A stretch of 64,000 bases of DNA, taken from NCBI RefSeq assembly GCF_006345805.1, contig NC_043001.1, positions 11,532,001 through 11,596,000 of the forward strand. The letters are read 5' to 3'. Below, in pieces: positions 12,201 to 26,965 of the stretch; the stretch's first letter is position 1, and each line of letters starts with the position of its first letter. The translations under genes and the position numbers were made by a program. Under the pieces are notes generated by a model. It saw only the letters and a program-made list of their open reading frames with translations. It did not search any database and was not told the origin of the DNA. The stretch is from Octopus sinensis (lineage: Eukaryota).

Positions 12201-14194
12201 CTGTACATAACTCCATGTCCCCCTACATGGCCTTGCTTTTTGCTTTTTGAGCCAATAAATTAACTAACTAACTAACTAACTAACCTGGAATTATTACATT
12301 GCTTTTGACAACATCTTTTCCTAAAGCGGAATATTTTGTGGGCAGATTGTCTCTGGAATGCTGCTGAGAAGAAATTTAAACCTAATACATCGTTTTTATT
12401 TTCTTGTTTAGTAAATATGAACGTTTTATAATTCGCTCTTTGGAAGATAAGCATTAAAAAATTCACATAACATCGTTGTGGACGCCCTTGGGCTATATAT
12501 TAAAGATTTAAACTATTAAAGAAGAGTTTAAACATTTTTCTCAAATTTTCCTAAGATATATTTAGCCACTTGCTTCTAAAACGAAGAAAATCTGAAAAAA
12601 ATAATTTTGAAACATCTTATCTGAATTAATAAACTAATTGTTTCTGAGGAAAGCTACAGACAGCGATGAATGCATAATATTATGTCATGCATTGCATTTG
12701 TAAGATGTGATTAAGCAAAGAGTATTAAATTTGGGAGAAATATTGTGTTCGGAGTTCTCTGCAGTGAATAAATTCATGCCCACACTGTTACGCAGCAGAA
12801 AGTATACCAGTATTTGGGTTACTTAACTAGACGTGAGATGCAGATGTGAACTTTCCATATCAACAGTGACGTTTATGGTCTTACCAGAATCTTAAAGTCC
12901 CGGTAGCTCAGGATCAATGTAAACAGACATTGAGAGTCGAATCTACTCCATTTCGCAGTAGTTACTAGCTACCAGATGTCGCAGTGCATGCACGGGCGAT
13001 TCTTCGTCCACGAGTCAAATAGAATATAAAAGCTTGAAAGGATCTCCGTAGAAAATATTCTTTGACTCTGGCCAGGGATGCAGAAGGAGAGGACAGCCCC
13101 CACCACATTAGAACATTTAACCCAAGCGCTTTGGTTTATCAGAACAATATTAAAAACAGTATTGTTAGACAGCTCGATGCTAAAGTTTTATAAATAAACA
13201 GTGTAGTGTACGGAGGAGGAATAACTATAATATTAATTTTCATATCTAAGATTAAACTTTTTTAAACTCAGCAACAGCGAATAACAACATATACATGAAA
13301 CACAAAACTGATTTGAATGTCTCGAAAGAAGAAACCCAGATATTCCAATCGGTGAGGGCTCCCGGGAATAAACAGCGAAGATGCCATGTCACTAGAATGA
13401 TAACCAGTATTCAGGGAATGTCATCTCGATAATAACTACCTATCAGAAATGATATAATGGCGAAATCACTGCAGAATGCAATTCGTAGAAATGGTTTTAG
13501 GGCATGAAAAAATTACAATGATGTGGAGAGTCCATTTACACATAAGAACACCGGTGGAATGTTGTTGTCAAAATTTATACAACATTTTATCATAACATAT
13601 CAGAATTAAGTATCTGGAGATGTAAAATTAATTGTGCAAGGTTGTAGAAATAAGTTGCCCAGGAGATTTTAAAGTTGTATTGATTTGAAATTTTGGCCCA
13701 AGGCCAGCATTTTCCGTGGAGGGAGTAAGTTGATTGCATCAACTCTAGTACTCAACTGGTACTTATTTTATTGACCCTGGAATGATAAAGGTGAAGTCGA
13801 CCATGGCGGAATTCGAACTTAAAAGGAAAGGACGGGCGAAATGGTGCTAAGCGTTTTTCCCGGCCTGCTAACGATTCTGCCAGCTCACATGTAAAAGTAA
13901 GAAATATAAGTTGTAAAATGATAGGTAAACTGCAGAGGTTAAATAGGCGCAAAGTAAATTTTAAATACACACTCGTAACTATTGAGGCAGGAAATGAGCG
14001 AATGTTTGCCTCAGTACTATGAAGCTTATATAATGCACATGTACCCAAAAATTGGAAATATCAAAACAAGGTTATAATCTTATTAGGAATAACTACGGAA
14101 CAATCACTGGTGGGTCAAACAATAATGAGAATAGAGTGAAATTTCCTGTAAAATTTAAGTTGACTAGGACTTCAAATTTTGACCCACGGACAAA

Positions 14195-14325
14195 TACATA
14201 CATACAGAAAGTGTATGGAGACGAGTGTATGAGTTGCACACAAGTGTACGAGTGGTTCGGAGGTTTCCGAAATGACCGATAAAAATGTCGATATTGACGA
14301 ACATTCTGGGTGACATCCAACCACG
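14195..14325 (+). pseudogene. mariner transposase N-terminal HTH fragment
   Basis: IQKVYGDECMSCTQVYEWFGGFRNDR. Confidence 0.6.
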
Positions 14326-15131
14326 TTTTTTAGTTATTAATTTTCTTCGATGGAGTTTGGTCAAATAAATATCTTGATTGTTAGTGCTCTCAAATTTATA
14401 ATTGAAATACTATACTGATGACGGAAATAAGGTATAAGTTATTTACATATCTTTAATCCAGAAACGCGTATATAGTTAATCAAAGCCGGGTGGATACGTT
14501 ATTTTTCTCTTTGCTTGTGTGAGCTGATAGTATTGCTGTCTGGGAAATATCTTATGGTAGTAGAATAGTATTTAACTGCTATTTCTAAATTTCGGTATGT
14601 GTTGAAGCAATTTTGCTTAACCCTAATTATTATAATGTTTATAAGTATAATAATTTTTGTATATATATATATATATATATGTATAAGCATTTATAATCAT
14701 GAATTCATATTTCCACAAACCCTTTAAATTCTTTTGGCTCTAACAAAGAAGTCTTGTCATTTTATTTGATCTGCTTGAAATCTGTAAGGAAAATAATTGA
14801 GTCATACTATCACACGCACACGCGAGGACACATACAGAGAAACATACATAAATACATACATACATATATACATACACACATATATGCATGCATAATAACC
14901 GCTCTACCTACATACAAACCTACCTGTCTATCTAGCTACCAATATATACATATATGCATACACACACACATACATGCATTCTATACAATTACATACATAC
15001 ACATGTACATTATTATATATATATATATATATATATTATATTAGATATATATATATATAATATATATATATATATAATATATATATATACACGTAAATAT
15101 ATATATGCTAAGATATATATAGTATATATAA

Positions 15132-15169
<38 letters not shown>

Positions 15170-15511
15170 GATATATGTATATATATATAAATAGATATAT
15201 GTATATATATTCATTCACACGACACATTCATATATACTTTCATACATATACATATACTTACACATGCACACATAATCACATACACAAGTTATAACACAAA
15301 CACACATACATAAATAATGCCCAAACACACTCACATATAAGCCCACGCAAACAGCCATACAAACATTAACTTCCATTCACGTATTCACAAATCTCTGAAA
15401 CTCTGCTGTCTGAAGCAAAGTAGGCTTGTCACTTTGCTTGACAAGTTGGAATCTTGCAAAGAAAAATTTAAATAAGTCATACTTACACGCACATACACAC
15501 ATAAATCATAC

Positions 15512-15590
<79 letters not shown>

Positions 15591-15954
15591 GTTATGCAAG
15601 AAATTGGGGGAAGGTGATGACGGCAGTGGACCGTTTACATTTTTATCGCTTTCATATATGGCAGCTTTTAACCAGTTTTGGATGCCTTCAGGAAATCGAA
15701 TAACATCCTAGGGTTAGGAACAACAAAAGCTATCGGTGTCAGCAATTTGTCGGGTAAGGGAAAAGAATTGCCTGAAGTCGAAGGCTGTTTAGCTACCCGT
15801 CAAGTGCTTTAAGTTTCGCTAAGAATTAATCCCAATAAATTTTCACCCTCTTCATGAAAATATTCATGCATTCAAACACGCAAGCCTTACATGTATATAT
15901 ATATAATATATAAATAAAACTATATATATTATATATATATATAATATATATATA

Positions 15955-15987
<33 letters not shown>

Positions 15988-16390
15988 CGTATATATATAT
16001 GATATAATAGTATATATGTATTATATATGTATACATATATTAGGTAGATATATTTATATATGTACATGTATTTATGTATATACATTATATATATATATGT
16101 ATAATTTATATATGCATATATGTATAACTATACGTATATATTTATATACATAGTGACATGCATACATATATACACACATTAACATGTACAGCCCGTGTAT
16201 ACTAACAAACTTGGATGAACACCAACTCAGATGCATATATGCATATACATACACATATACGCCTATTCATGAAAATACGTGTAAACACACATACACATAT
16301 TTATGCAAACATATATACAGACATGAATACACTTATACGTACAAACATATATATACGCACAGATACACTTACATACACTTACAGATACAA

Positions 16391-16428
<38 letters not shown>

Positions 16429-16957
16429 ACGCATAAAAGTTTACATAGAAACTTACGTATACATACATACGCACATGCACATAGACATACAAGCGTATAT
16501 ACATCCAGACATATGCAGATAAATTCAAATATATACATATCCACGCATACAGTTATACATGAAACTATATATGCATACACACACATTCACGTATACACAC
16601 ACGCATATACGTTTATACACACATACACATAAAGATATCGACATATACACATACCCATTTACTCGTACAGGCAAACGCTTATACATACATAGCCCAAAGT
16701 CTGAAGCCCGTTGTCAAATATGAAAGACTATCCCTTTAGACATTACCTCGTCATGGGGGATAATATATGGAGAATATTCTGGAACAGTCTGAGGAACAAA
16801 GCAAAATGATTGAAACATTATATATTGATCGAAAAAATATCAGTGGAACTTTAAAATTCAGATGCTAAAAAGAAAAATGGTTTGTCTTTTTTTGCGGGAG
16901 TCAGTTGTGCACGTGACTTTAATAAGGGGGAAATATACTCTTTTCTAATCTAGGTAG

Positions 16958-17876
16958 AAGGATCGAAATTTTGGAGGAAGGGGCCAGTCGATTAGATCAA
17001 CCCCAGTATGCAACTAGCATTTAATTTATCGACCCCCGAAAGGATGAAAGGCAATGTCGAACTCAGCAGAATTTGAACTCAGAACGTAAAGTCAGACGAA
17101 ATACATCTAAGCGTTTCGCCCGGCGTGCTAACGTTTCATATTTCTTTACTGCCCACAAGGGGCTACAAACAGAGAGGACAAACAAGGACAGACAAAGGGA
17201 TTAAGTCGATTACATCGACCCCAGTGTGTAACTGGTATTTAATTTATTGACCACGAAAGGATGAAAGGCAAAGTCGACCTCGGCTGAATTTGAACTCAGA
17301 ACGTAACGGTAGACGAAATAACTATTTCTATTTCTTTACTACCCACAAGGGGCTAAAGACAGAAGAGACAAACAAAAACAGACAAACAGATTAAGTCGAT
17401 TATATCGACCCCAGTGCGTAACTGGTACTTATTTAATTGACCCCGAAAGGTTGAAAGGCAAAGTCGACCTCGGCGGAATTTGAACTCAGAAAGTAACCAC
17501 AGACGAAATACCTATTTCTTTACTACCCACAAGGGGCTAAACACAGAGGAAAAACAAGGACAGACAAACGGAGTAAGTTGATTACATCGACCCCAGTCGA
17601 CCTTGGCGAAATCTTAACTCACAACGAAACAGCAGACGAAATACGACCACGCATTTCGCCCGGCGTGCTAACGTTTCTTATTTCTTTATTGCCTACAAGT
17701 GTCTAAAGATAGAGGGGACAAAAAAGGACAGACAAATGGATGAAGACGATTGCATCGACCCCGGTGCGTAACTGGTACGTTATTTATCGACCCCGAAAGG
17801 ATGAATGGGAAAATGGACCTCAGCGGAATTGCAACTGAGAACGTAACGTTTCTGCCAGCTCGCCGCCTTACACGTA
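16958..17876 (-). repeat. Head-to-tail array of about five SINE B units
   Basis: Repeated blocks ATCGACCCC..GAAAGGATGAAAGGCAAAGTCGACCTCGGC..AGACGAAATAC..CCCACAAGGGG. Confidence 0.85.
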
Positions 17877-17944
17877 GGACACAGATACGCATACACTACA
17901 AATAGTTATCGTTATTTGTTTTATTTCTACTATATTGTTTCTTA

Positions 17945-18300
17945 GGAGGCTCAATGGCCTAGTGGTTAGGGCAGCGGACTCGCGGTCGAAGGATCGCGGT
18001 TTCGATTCCCAGACCGGGCGTTGTGAGTGTTTATTGAGCGAAAATACCTAAAGCTCTACGAGGCTCGGGCAGGGATGGTGGTGATCCCTGCTGTACTCTT
18101 TCACCACTCTTACTTCCTGTTTCTGTTGTACCTGTATTTCAAAGGGCCGGCCTTGTCACGCTGAATATCCCTGAGAACTACGTTAAGGGTACACGTGTCT
18201 GTGGAGTGCTTAGCCACTTACACGTTAATTTCACGAGTAGGCTGTTCCGTTGATCGGATCAACCGGAACCCTCATCGTCGTAACCGAAGGAGTGCTTCCA
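17945..18300 (+). mobile_element. SINE family A, near full length, 15-bp TSD
   Basis: A box TGGCCTAGTGG, B box GGTTTCGATTCCC. CTATATTGTTTCTTA at 17930-17944 and 18301-18315. Confidence 0.9.
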
Positions 18301-18548
18301 CTATATTGTTTCTTAATCTATTTTAATAAAGGCTTCACCTCAAATGTCAGCCATTTCCTTTCCTTTTTTCTGTTCGACATACTATTCTCTCTCTGGACTT
18401 TCTTTTAATATTTACAAGCTGTTTTCGTGTGTTTGCACTTTGCTCATCATTCTCCGAATTTTTTATTTTCTACCAGTTGTAACCTCTCACGCTGTCCCTC
18501 ATCTGTCAATTACTTCCCCGTTCTTTTGTGCTATTTCACCTATCAATG

Positions 18549-18597
<49 letters not shown>

Positions 18598-18660
18598 GAT
18601 ATACATATATTTATGCATCTGTATATTCATTACAGATATATCTGCCTATCTTTCTATCTC

Positions 18661-18726
<66 letters not shown>

Positions 18727-18785
18727 AGTCTATCTATCTATCTATTATCTATCTATCTATATATCTATCTATCTATCTATCATCT

Positions 18786-18840
<55 letters not shown>

Positions 18841-18869
18841 GTCTATCTATCTATCTGTCTATCTATCTG

Positions 18870-18903
<34 letters not shown>

Positions 18904-18905
18904 AG

Positions 18906-18936
<31 letters not shown>

Positions 18937-18944
18937 GTGGATGC

Positions 18945-18975
<31 letters not shown>

Positions 18976-18988
18976 ATATATTATATAT

Positions 18989-19019
<31 letters not shown>

Positions 19020-19036
19020 GTGTTGTGTGTGTGTGT
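18549..19036. repeat. Compound (TG)n/(TATC)n/(TA)n
   Basis: Direct inspection. Confidence 0.97.
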
Positions 19037-19284
19037 GTGGAGGCGCGTGGCTTAGTTGTTAGGGTGTCAGCCTCGTGATCGTAGATTGTGGTTTCGATTC
19101 CTGGACCGGGCGACGCGTTGTGTTCTTGAGCAAAACACTTCATTTCACGTTGCTCCAATCCACTCAGCTGGCAAAAATGAGTAACTTTGCGACGGACCGG
19201 CGTCCCGTCGAGGTGGGGAATTTCTACGCCAATGAAACCGAAAACCGGGCCCATGAGCCTGTCTAGGCTTTCAAAAGGAAGCAT
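19037..19284 (+). mobile_element. tRNA-derived SINE family D
   Basis: GGAGGCGCGTGGCTTAG..GGTTTCGATTCC..GTGTTCTTGAGCAAAACACTTCATTTCACGTTGCTCC. Relatives at about 43590-43770(-), 44997-45260(+) and 46600-46790(-). Confidence 0.8.
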
Positions 19285-19465
19285 ATATTTATTTATTTAT
19301 ATATATATATATCTTTTTACCATTTATCTTTTACCTCTTTCAATCATTAGACAGCGACCAACTGAATAGTCAGTCGACTAATAAAATTGGTCGCCATGAT
19401 AGATCGTTAGCCACTATACACATTTTTTTCTTTCCTTGTTTCTCTCCTTGTTTTTTTCTGTGTGC

Positions 19466-19501
19466 CTTTCTGTAGAAGAGCGTAGGCTCGAAACGTAAAA
19501 G
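19466..19501 (+). ncRNA. Minimal type I hammerhead motif, U6 core variant (family H2)
   Basis: cttt CTGTAGA a GAGC gtag GCTC GAA ACGT A aaag. Confidence 0.7.
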
Positions 19502-21829
19502 ATTTTTTTCTATTTCTGAGCGTTATACTAATACATCTGTTTGTTTTTTTCGTAAACTCTTCCTAATAATCTTGGTACTTTTTCCGTCGGTGTCTTTTGC
19601 CTAACCTCTAGGTTACGGGGGACGTAAACACATCAACGTTGGTTTTTAAGTGGTGATGGTGGGACAAACACACACACACACACTCACACACACACATAGG
19701 TGGATATATATATATATATATACGACGGGCTTCTTTCAGTTTCTGTCTACCAAATCCACTCACAAGGGTTTGGTTGACCCGAGACAATAGTAGAAGACAC
19801 TTGCCCAAGGTACCACGTAGTGGGACTAAACTCCAAACCTCGTGGTTGGGAAGCAAACTTCTTTATTTCTTTTAAATTGCTATAAAGGCATTACATAAAG
19901 GGGGGACACTAAAACACATGTAGGGGACATATAACAATGAAAATAAAAATATGATGCTATGAATGACACATGAAAATGGACATGAACAACATTACAATCA
20001 AAATATTAAAATAATGATACAAGAATGATAACTTGAGAATAGAGAATGTGAAAAGCGTGTTACTCACCCGCCACTGAGTAACACCACTCGCCACCTCTGA
20101 GTCCTGAGTCCTCTTTAGTTTTTGGTCTAGTCTTTCGTTTACCGTTTTCCCCATCGCTGAGTGACAACACTCTTTCCTCCATGGACACATAACCTTTTTC
20201 ACCGGGGGAGGGGGGGGTCTTGTAAATTTTGTGGTGTCTGTTCTTATTTATCTGTGGGGAGGAGGTTTGGTGGATTTGGTGTCTGTATAGTTCAGTCCCA
20301 CCGTCTGACATCTGGGCAAGTGTCTTACGCTACAGCTTTTGACCACGAAAGGTTTGTGGGCGATTTTCGTAGATGGAATCTGAAAACATCCCACCGCGTA
20401 TGTGTGTGTGTGTTTGTGTGTGTGTCTGTTCTTGTAACTCACGATGTTTGTCTCACTTCGAAGTATCTTATTGTGCTTTAAGCACATGTCTACTAATACT
20501 ACGAATAGTGTGTATACATGTAACATGATACACAGACGGCGATTTTAAGGTAACTACTATCCTCCAAAATTCGATTTGTTTATTTCATATTGGAAATTTG
20601 CCAAATAGGAACGGTCGTGGCTGCGTAGTAAGACGTTTTCTTGCCAATCACATGCTTCTAGGTTCAGTCATCTTGTGCAAGTGTCTTCTACTCTAGCCTT
20701 GGGCCGACCAAAGCCTTCTGAGTGGATGTGGTAGACGGAAATTGTAAGAAGCGTTTTGGCTATGTGTGTATGCAAGCATGCGTGTGTGCGCGAGCATCTG
20801 TGTGTGTGTGTGTACAAGTATGTGTGTGTGTGCATTTGCATCTGTGTTTGTCTCCAGCCACTGATTGCCAAACGGTGTTGGCGTGTTTACACCACTTTAA
20901 ATTATCTGTTCAGCAAAAGAGACAGATAAAGTACCAGGTTTTAAAGGAAAGAAATAATAACTGCAAACGATTCTTTCGACTAAAATCCTACAAGGTGGCG
21001 CCATAGCATGGAAGCAATCTATTGATTGAAATAAAAAAAATGTAATTAAATATACTGAACTTGATTTTTGAGTCTCTAAATAGTAAAACGCAGTAAAATG
21101 TTTGAATATGACATTTGAATATTACACATGCACACATAAATGTATGAAAAGTAGGTCCACAATTATTAGCTTGGTGCCATCTGGCCACGCAAGTTTAATT
21201 TGATGATCTTGTAATTCAGCAAGGGCTAACCGAAGAAAGCGGGACCAAGTAAAGTGAAAGCTTGCATGGTGACCTGGTTCAATACATGCCATTACCGAAT
21301 GTCTCTTTTCGTACAAAATATTAACACACTTCTGAAGAACGATATATTATCGTAGAAAATGCAATAAGTTTACTCTATGAACACTGTCAAAAGCTTTCTT
21401 ATAGTCTATGAAATTAAGGATCGAACTTTTATATTGGTAGGATGTATTCTTTTTCTACAATTTGGTCCGAACAGTTTCTTATTTTCTGTTAGAGAGTTTA
21501 CGTCACCGTAAATTATCTGTTGAGCAAAAGAGACAGATAGGGTACATACCAGGAATTAAAGGTAAAAAATAATAACTGACTATCTTTGTCAAATACCAAT
21601 CTGATGAGGAGGGCATGAGAAAAGGATTTACCTGAGATGGTTTTAGAACTGTGTGGTGCAGCTTTCTATCCTTAGGTGACTTGACGATGGCTCCAAGTCT
21701 TCATTAATCAGGTAAGCATTCATTTTTCAAATATTGTTAACCATTTTTGTTAACCATGCTGTTAACAAGAGTTAACCATTTATATTTGGATGGCCACGTT
21801 TCAATAATTCAGCATAAATTTCATTTCGA

Positions 21830-22350
21830 GCTGCAGCTTAATCGTTTGATTTTCTTAGTAATCTCTATTTTTTCGACAGAATTGGTATTAGCGGCAATGA
21901 ATAGCAAGACGGCGGCATTTGAATCATCAAACGCGATGGAACTTCAAATGAACTGGACCATTTATGTATTAGAAAGAGAGGGAGATCTACTGTAAAAGAC
22001 AATTGAGCAATATAGGTGGTGCTGACATCTCAGGTCACCAAATTTTTACTGGCAAAGTCATGCTCTCGCTAAAAAAAGATAGAAATGTAAAGGAAATCGA
22101 AATGTCAAGACATTTTGACTTTGAAAGACGGAAATACCAGCGATGCTTTTAGAATAGTTTGAAACTTCACTGATAATGAAGAGCTTGAAGCATAGGATTT
22201 TGTTATTTCAAAAGTTCATCAAAGAAATTGCAGAGAATATTTTTTTAAGAAAAAGAAGCAACAAGAAAGATGTTTGGATGCCGTGCGACTGTTGGGAACA
22301 CATTGATGGAAAGGAATCGATGAAAATGACAAAGCAACGAATACAGATAA
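21830..22350 (+). pseudogene. RTE-like LINE fragment (end of AP endonuclease plus linker)
   Basis: DGTSNELDHLCIRKRGRSTVKD, GADISGHQIFTGKVMLSLKK and FIKEIAENI..KKDVWMPCDCWEHID across frameshifts. Confidence 0.6.
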
Positions 22351-22399
22351 TTAGTTACATATATGTATATATATTTTTTCTACTGTAGGAACAAGGCCC

Positions 22400-22950
22400 G
22401 AAAAGTTTTTTTTGGGGGGGGATAGTCGATTAGATCGAACCCAGTACGCAGCTGGTGGTTAATTTATCGACCCCGAAAGGATGAAAGGCAAAGTCGACCT
22501 CGGCGGGATTTGAACTCAGAACATAAAGATAGACGAAATACCTATTTCTTTACTACCCACAAGGGGCTACACACAGAGAGGACAAACAAGGGCAGACAAA
22601 CGGATTAAGTCGATTACATTGACCCCAGTGCGCAACTGGTACTTAATTTATCGACGCCGAAAGGATGAAAGGCAAAGTCAACCTCGGCGGGATTTGAACT
22701 CAGAACATAAAGATAGACGAAATACCTATTTCTTTACTACCCACAAGGGGCTACACACAGAGAGGACAAACAAGGGCAGACAAACGGATTAAGTCGATTA
22801 CATTGACCCCAGGGCGCAACTGGTACTTAATTTATCGACGCCGAAAGGATGAAAGGCAAAGTTGACCTCGGCAGAATTTGAACTCAGAACGTAGCGGCAG
22901 ACGAAATACGGCTACGCATTTCGCCCGGTGTGCTAACGTTTCTGCAAGAA
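22400..22950 (-). repeat. SINE B trimer with 184-bp period
   Basis: ATCGAC anchors at 22466, 22650 and 22834. Adjacent units are nearly identical. Confidence 0.88.
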
Positions 22951-24236
22951 TGCCGCTTTCATATATGTATATATTGTCAAAATTATAATAAAGATAAATT
23001 AGTAAAACGTAGTTGCAAGTTGATAAAGAAACCTGGAAAAACTTAGCCAAATAACAGATGAGAAAAGCGATAGAAAAACATTGTATTGAGTAACTAAGAA
23101 ATTGGCAGGAAATGCACACAAGTGTGTCATGCCAGTAAATCAAAGAAAAACAGAAGACTCCTATGCAACGAAAGAATTCAAAACCGTTGGAAATAGAGAA
23201 AAATTTTGATTTCGTGCTAAATCTCCCAATGCCAAGAGTAATTAATGAATAAAGGACAAAGAAGGAAACTTATCCAATCACCTTCGTTACTTTACAGCTG
23301 TTTCGATTATAAGCTCGCAGGTAAATCTATCGTCAGATCTCTATCCGTAGGGAGCTTACCTATTTTAATACTCTGTTTTGCAAATGTAGGACGAAGAAGC
23401 AGTTTGTAAGACAAAATATCACATGGAAAATTAAAATAAATATCCTTTTCTACTTAGGCCCAAGGCCCGAAATTTTGGAGGAGGGGACCAGTTGATTAGA
23501 TCGACACCAGTACGCAACTGGTACTAAATTTATCAGCCCGGGAACGGCAAACTCTGAGTAACAGCTTTTGTTAGATTTCTGCTGCTTTTAAATAAAGCAT
23601 ATTCCTCTGCCTCTGGTATTTGAGTACTCTCTTTTCCACCTTGTTTCACATTTATGCGCTTACTCCGGTATGTACACATGCACACGCACCCCCCCCCATA
23701 TATATATATATTATATATATATTATATATATAGATCATATATAGATATAGATATATATTAATTGATATATACTACATACATATTTATACATAAACTGTCG
23801 TATGTCCAAATGTGGCCAAATACGTTGTTTTCAATATTTATTTTTGCTTGGATTAGCGGTTCTTTTGGTCAAATTATCGTATCTCCAGCTGGGTTTAGAT
23901 GCCAAGATATCAAAAATTGTCATAGTAGTGTACAACGGTTTTGCTATGGACTGGTGAAATTACATTTTCGTTTCTTAAAAAGCAACGAAGCTTACGAAAC
24001 GTTTGCAATATATACCTACACATGTTTGATTATAGTAAAGATGTTTGATTATAGTAAGCAGGTAATCCTATGTAATCCTTTTAACCTGTGACAAAAAAAA
24101 ATACCTCTCTTCGTTGAGAAGCCATGATTCTCAGATTTATGTTGTGTATTTTCTAATTTCATTGAAATAGTAGATATTTGAAACGGATTTAGTATTTAGC
24201 GAGTTGTGTGACCACGCAAAATTTCTTGTACTTGTA

Positions 24237-24661
24237 CAGGGTGTTTAAAAAATCTCTCCGCAGTAAGTATTTTATGGCAAAATAAGTATTTATAAGATGG
24301 TATAAGACTACAAAAGAATAATTTAGACTTTACAAGACTTTAAAAAACTTTATAAGAGCTGTTGAAAATGTCGTCCTTCATTTTCAATACATACGTTGAC
24401 TCTTCTACGCATGTTTTGAAATACGTCTTGGAGAGTCTGACGCGGTATGGACCGTGTGAAGAATTATCATTGCGTCTTTTAGCTCATTAATGGTTTTTCA
24501 GGCGATTCTTGGACACTGATCGTTTACTTGCTCCCCAGAAAAAAAAAATGTTTGGCGGTGGTAAATCAGGCGATCTTTGTGTTCAAAGCCCCTTCGAAAT
24601 AATCCGTTCATTGGAAAACCCTTGAAAAAATTCACTGCAGGGAGTCCTTTTGAACACCCTG
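24237..24661 (-). mobile_element. 425-bp Tc1/mariner internal-deletion element
   Basis: TIR CAGGGTGT(T/C)AAAA at both ends with TA on both sides. Minus strand retains the transposase C-terminus QTLQDVFQNMRRRVNVCIENEGRHFQQLL*. Confidence 0.85.
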
Positions 24662-25837
24662 TATTTGCGTCTTTATTCGGTCTGTGCGACATTTTTGTCT
24701 CCTTTTCTGCCCGTCATATCATATTTCTTGTGACTATAAGAATAAATGTGGACTTCTAATTATATTCTTTTATTTATTTTATTCGTTTCGGCCATACTGG
24801 AGTTCAGCCTTAAACGGTTTTAGTCCAAGAAATCGAACCCAAGGCTTAACTTTTGTCAGCCTAGTACCTATCCTACCTCATTCCTTTGCCGAAATACTAA
24901 GTTACGGGGAGATAAACACACCGACCTCTCTTGTGAAGCGATTGCGCTGGGGGAAATAGAGACACAAACAGACAAATATATACATATATACGAAGGGCTT
25001 CGTTCAGTTTCTGTCCACCAGATCCACTTACAAGAGTTTTAGTCGGCCCGAGGCTATAGTAAAAAACATCTGCACAAGGTGCCACACAGTATGTCTGAGA
25101 AAAGCGATAGAACCATGTGGTTGGGTGCCTGTTGGTATGATGATTCTAAGTTCAATTCCAGTGCGTGGCACCTTCGGCAAGTATCTTCTACTATAGCTTC
25201 GGGCCGACCAAAGCCTTGTGAGTGGATTCGGTAGATGAAAGCTGAAAGAAGGCTGTCGTATATATATATAAATATATATATATGTATATATGTGTATGTG
25301 TGTCTGTGTGCCTGTGTTTGTCCCGCCCAAAATTAGTTGATAACCGATGCTGGTACATTTACGTCCCCATAACATAGCGGTTCAGCAAAAGAGACTGACA
25401 GAATTAGTACTAGGCTTACAAAGAATAAGTCCTGGGGTCAATTTACTCGACTAAGGGCGGTGCTCCAGCATGGCCGCTGTCAAATCACTGAAACAAATAA
25501 AAGAAAATATATATGTATATATATAATTCTTTATTTGGAACAGTGATTATATCCATATAAGGCAATACATAACAGCATGTATTCCGTTGAAAACATCCTT
25601 TAGGCTAGAAAAACTCGAAGATGTATCCCAAAGGCAGCCTTCATTTTTTTCTGTCTAAAAGTACTTTTCGAATAAACATTCCATAGTATTATTATAGTTT
25701 TATGTGCTTAGAGATCGGTTGTTCCAAAGGTAATTATTTCACGTTCTCAAATTTTATGACATCAATCTATACATACGTACATTTTTAGTCGGTTATTATA
25801 AGCGCTAAGTCTGTTTACACTATACACACCACACACA

Positions 25838-25868
<31 letters not shown>

Positions 25869-25912
25869 ATATATATATATTATATATGTACATATATACA
25901 TTGTATATATAT

Positions 25913-26012
25913 NNNNNNNNNNNNNNNNNNNNNNNNNNNNNNNNNNNNNNNNNNNNNNNNNNNNNNNNNNNNNNNNNNNNNNNNNNNNNNNNNNNNNNNN
26001 NNNNNNNNNNNN
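25913..26012. other. Assembly gap (100 N)
   Basis: Run of N. Confidence 1.
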
Positions 26013-26013
26013 A

Positions 26014-26665
26014 CAAATTTTAACAGTTTCGTTCATGGCTTGAATCTGTTTTCTTCTTTCTGGTTTTGAGAAACCTAATTTCGTAAGATTGGTCTCCAGG
26101 TAGTTTGTTACACAACATTGTGTCCCAATACTTAAGCATATAAACTTGAACTTTTAATCCAAGTAGAGTAATTGTAACAGTCTCAGTAATTCTTCGTAGC
26201 TCTTTTCTTTGCTGATCTTTATGTTAACATCTGCTCAGCTGTTCATTTCCACAATTGTACAGTTTCTCTTCTCTTATACCAAATAACAATGTCTGGCCTA
26301 TTATGGTTGCATTTTATTCAGGTATAAACGGAGACATTCAACCATTACTTTTTCATGTTATGCAAGCCTATAGCCTCTACCATACAGAAGTTCTTATTTC
26401 TTTGGCCTCGAGGTTGTCCTTCCGACGAATCAAATTATAGTGATTTGGCTATAACATCATGTCTCATCCGTAAATAATACTGCAATGACAATTTTGGACA
26501 ACTGCTTATGACGTGGTTGATATCTTCGGTGCAATCTCTACAAATCTGCATCAGTTCTCACATTTTGGTGTTTTTCCTGCATCTCCATCCCTTTTGTGCA
26601 TCAGGTATTTGGTTGATACTTCATGTGCCTGGATTACAATCGCATATGTTTCAAAGTGACAGTTA
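26014..26665 (-). pseudogene. R4/Dong-like RLE non-LTR retrotransposon, 3' part of ORF, decayed
   Basis: Minus-strand translation with frameshifts: HFETYAIVIQAHEVSTKYL, zinc knuckle remnant C..EDINHVISSC, MRHDVIAK, HNRPDIVIW, TIVEM, LTKLGFSKPERRK..ETVKIC. Truncated at the N gap. Confidence 0.8.
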
Positions 26666-26900
26666 GTAATCCGCTTGAATGTATGTATATATGTGTGCAT
26701 GTACAAGACAAAACAAGGTACATGATAACACTTCCAATCAGTTAAGATCGGAAGCCACGAGAGCCACTGCCTGGCACTGCATCAGGGCATTTCTTCTTCT
26801 TCTTCTTCTTCTTCTTCTTCTTCTTCTTCTTCCTCCTCCTCCTTCTTTTTTTCTTATTATTATTATATACATACATATACATACATACATACATATGTAT

Positions 26901-26965
<65 letters not shown>

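Noticed and set aside
16958-17876. CRISPR-like or satellite array
   Set aside because: Units are ~180-bp SINE bodies without unique spacers, and the context is eukaryotic.
25913-26012. Poly-X ORFs
   Set aside because: Assembly gap.
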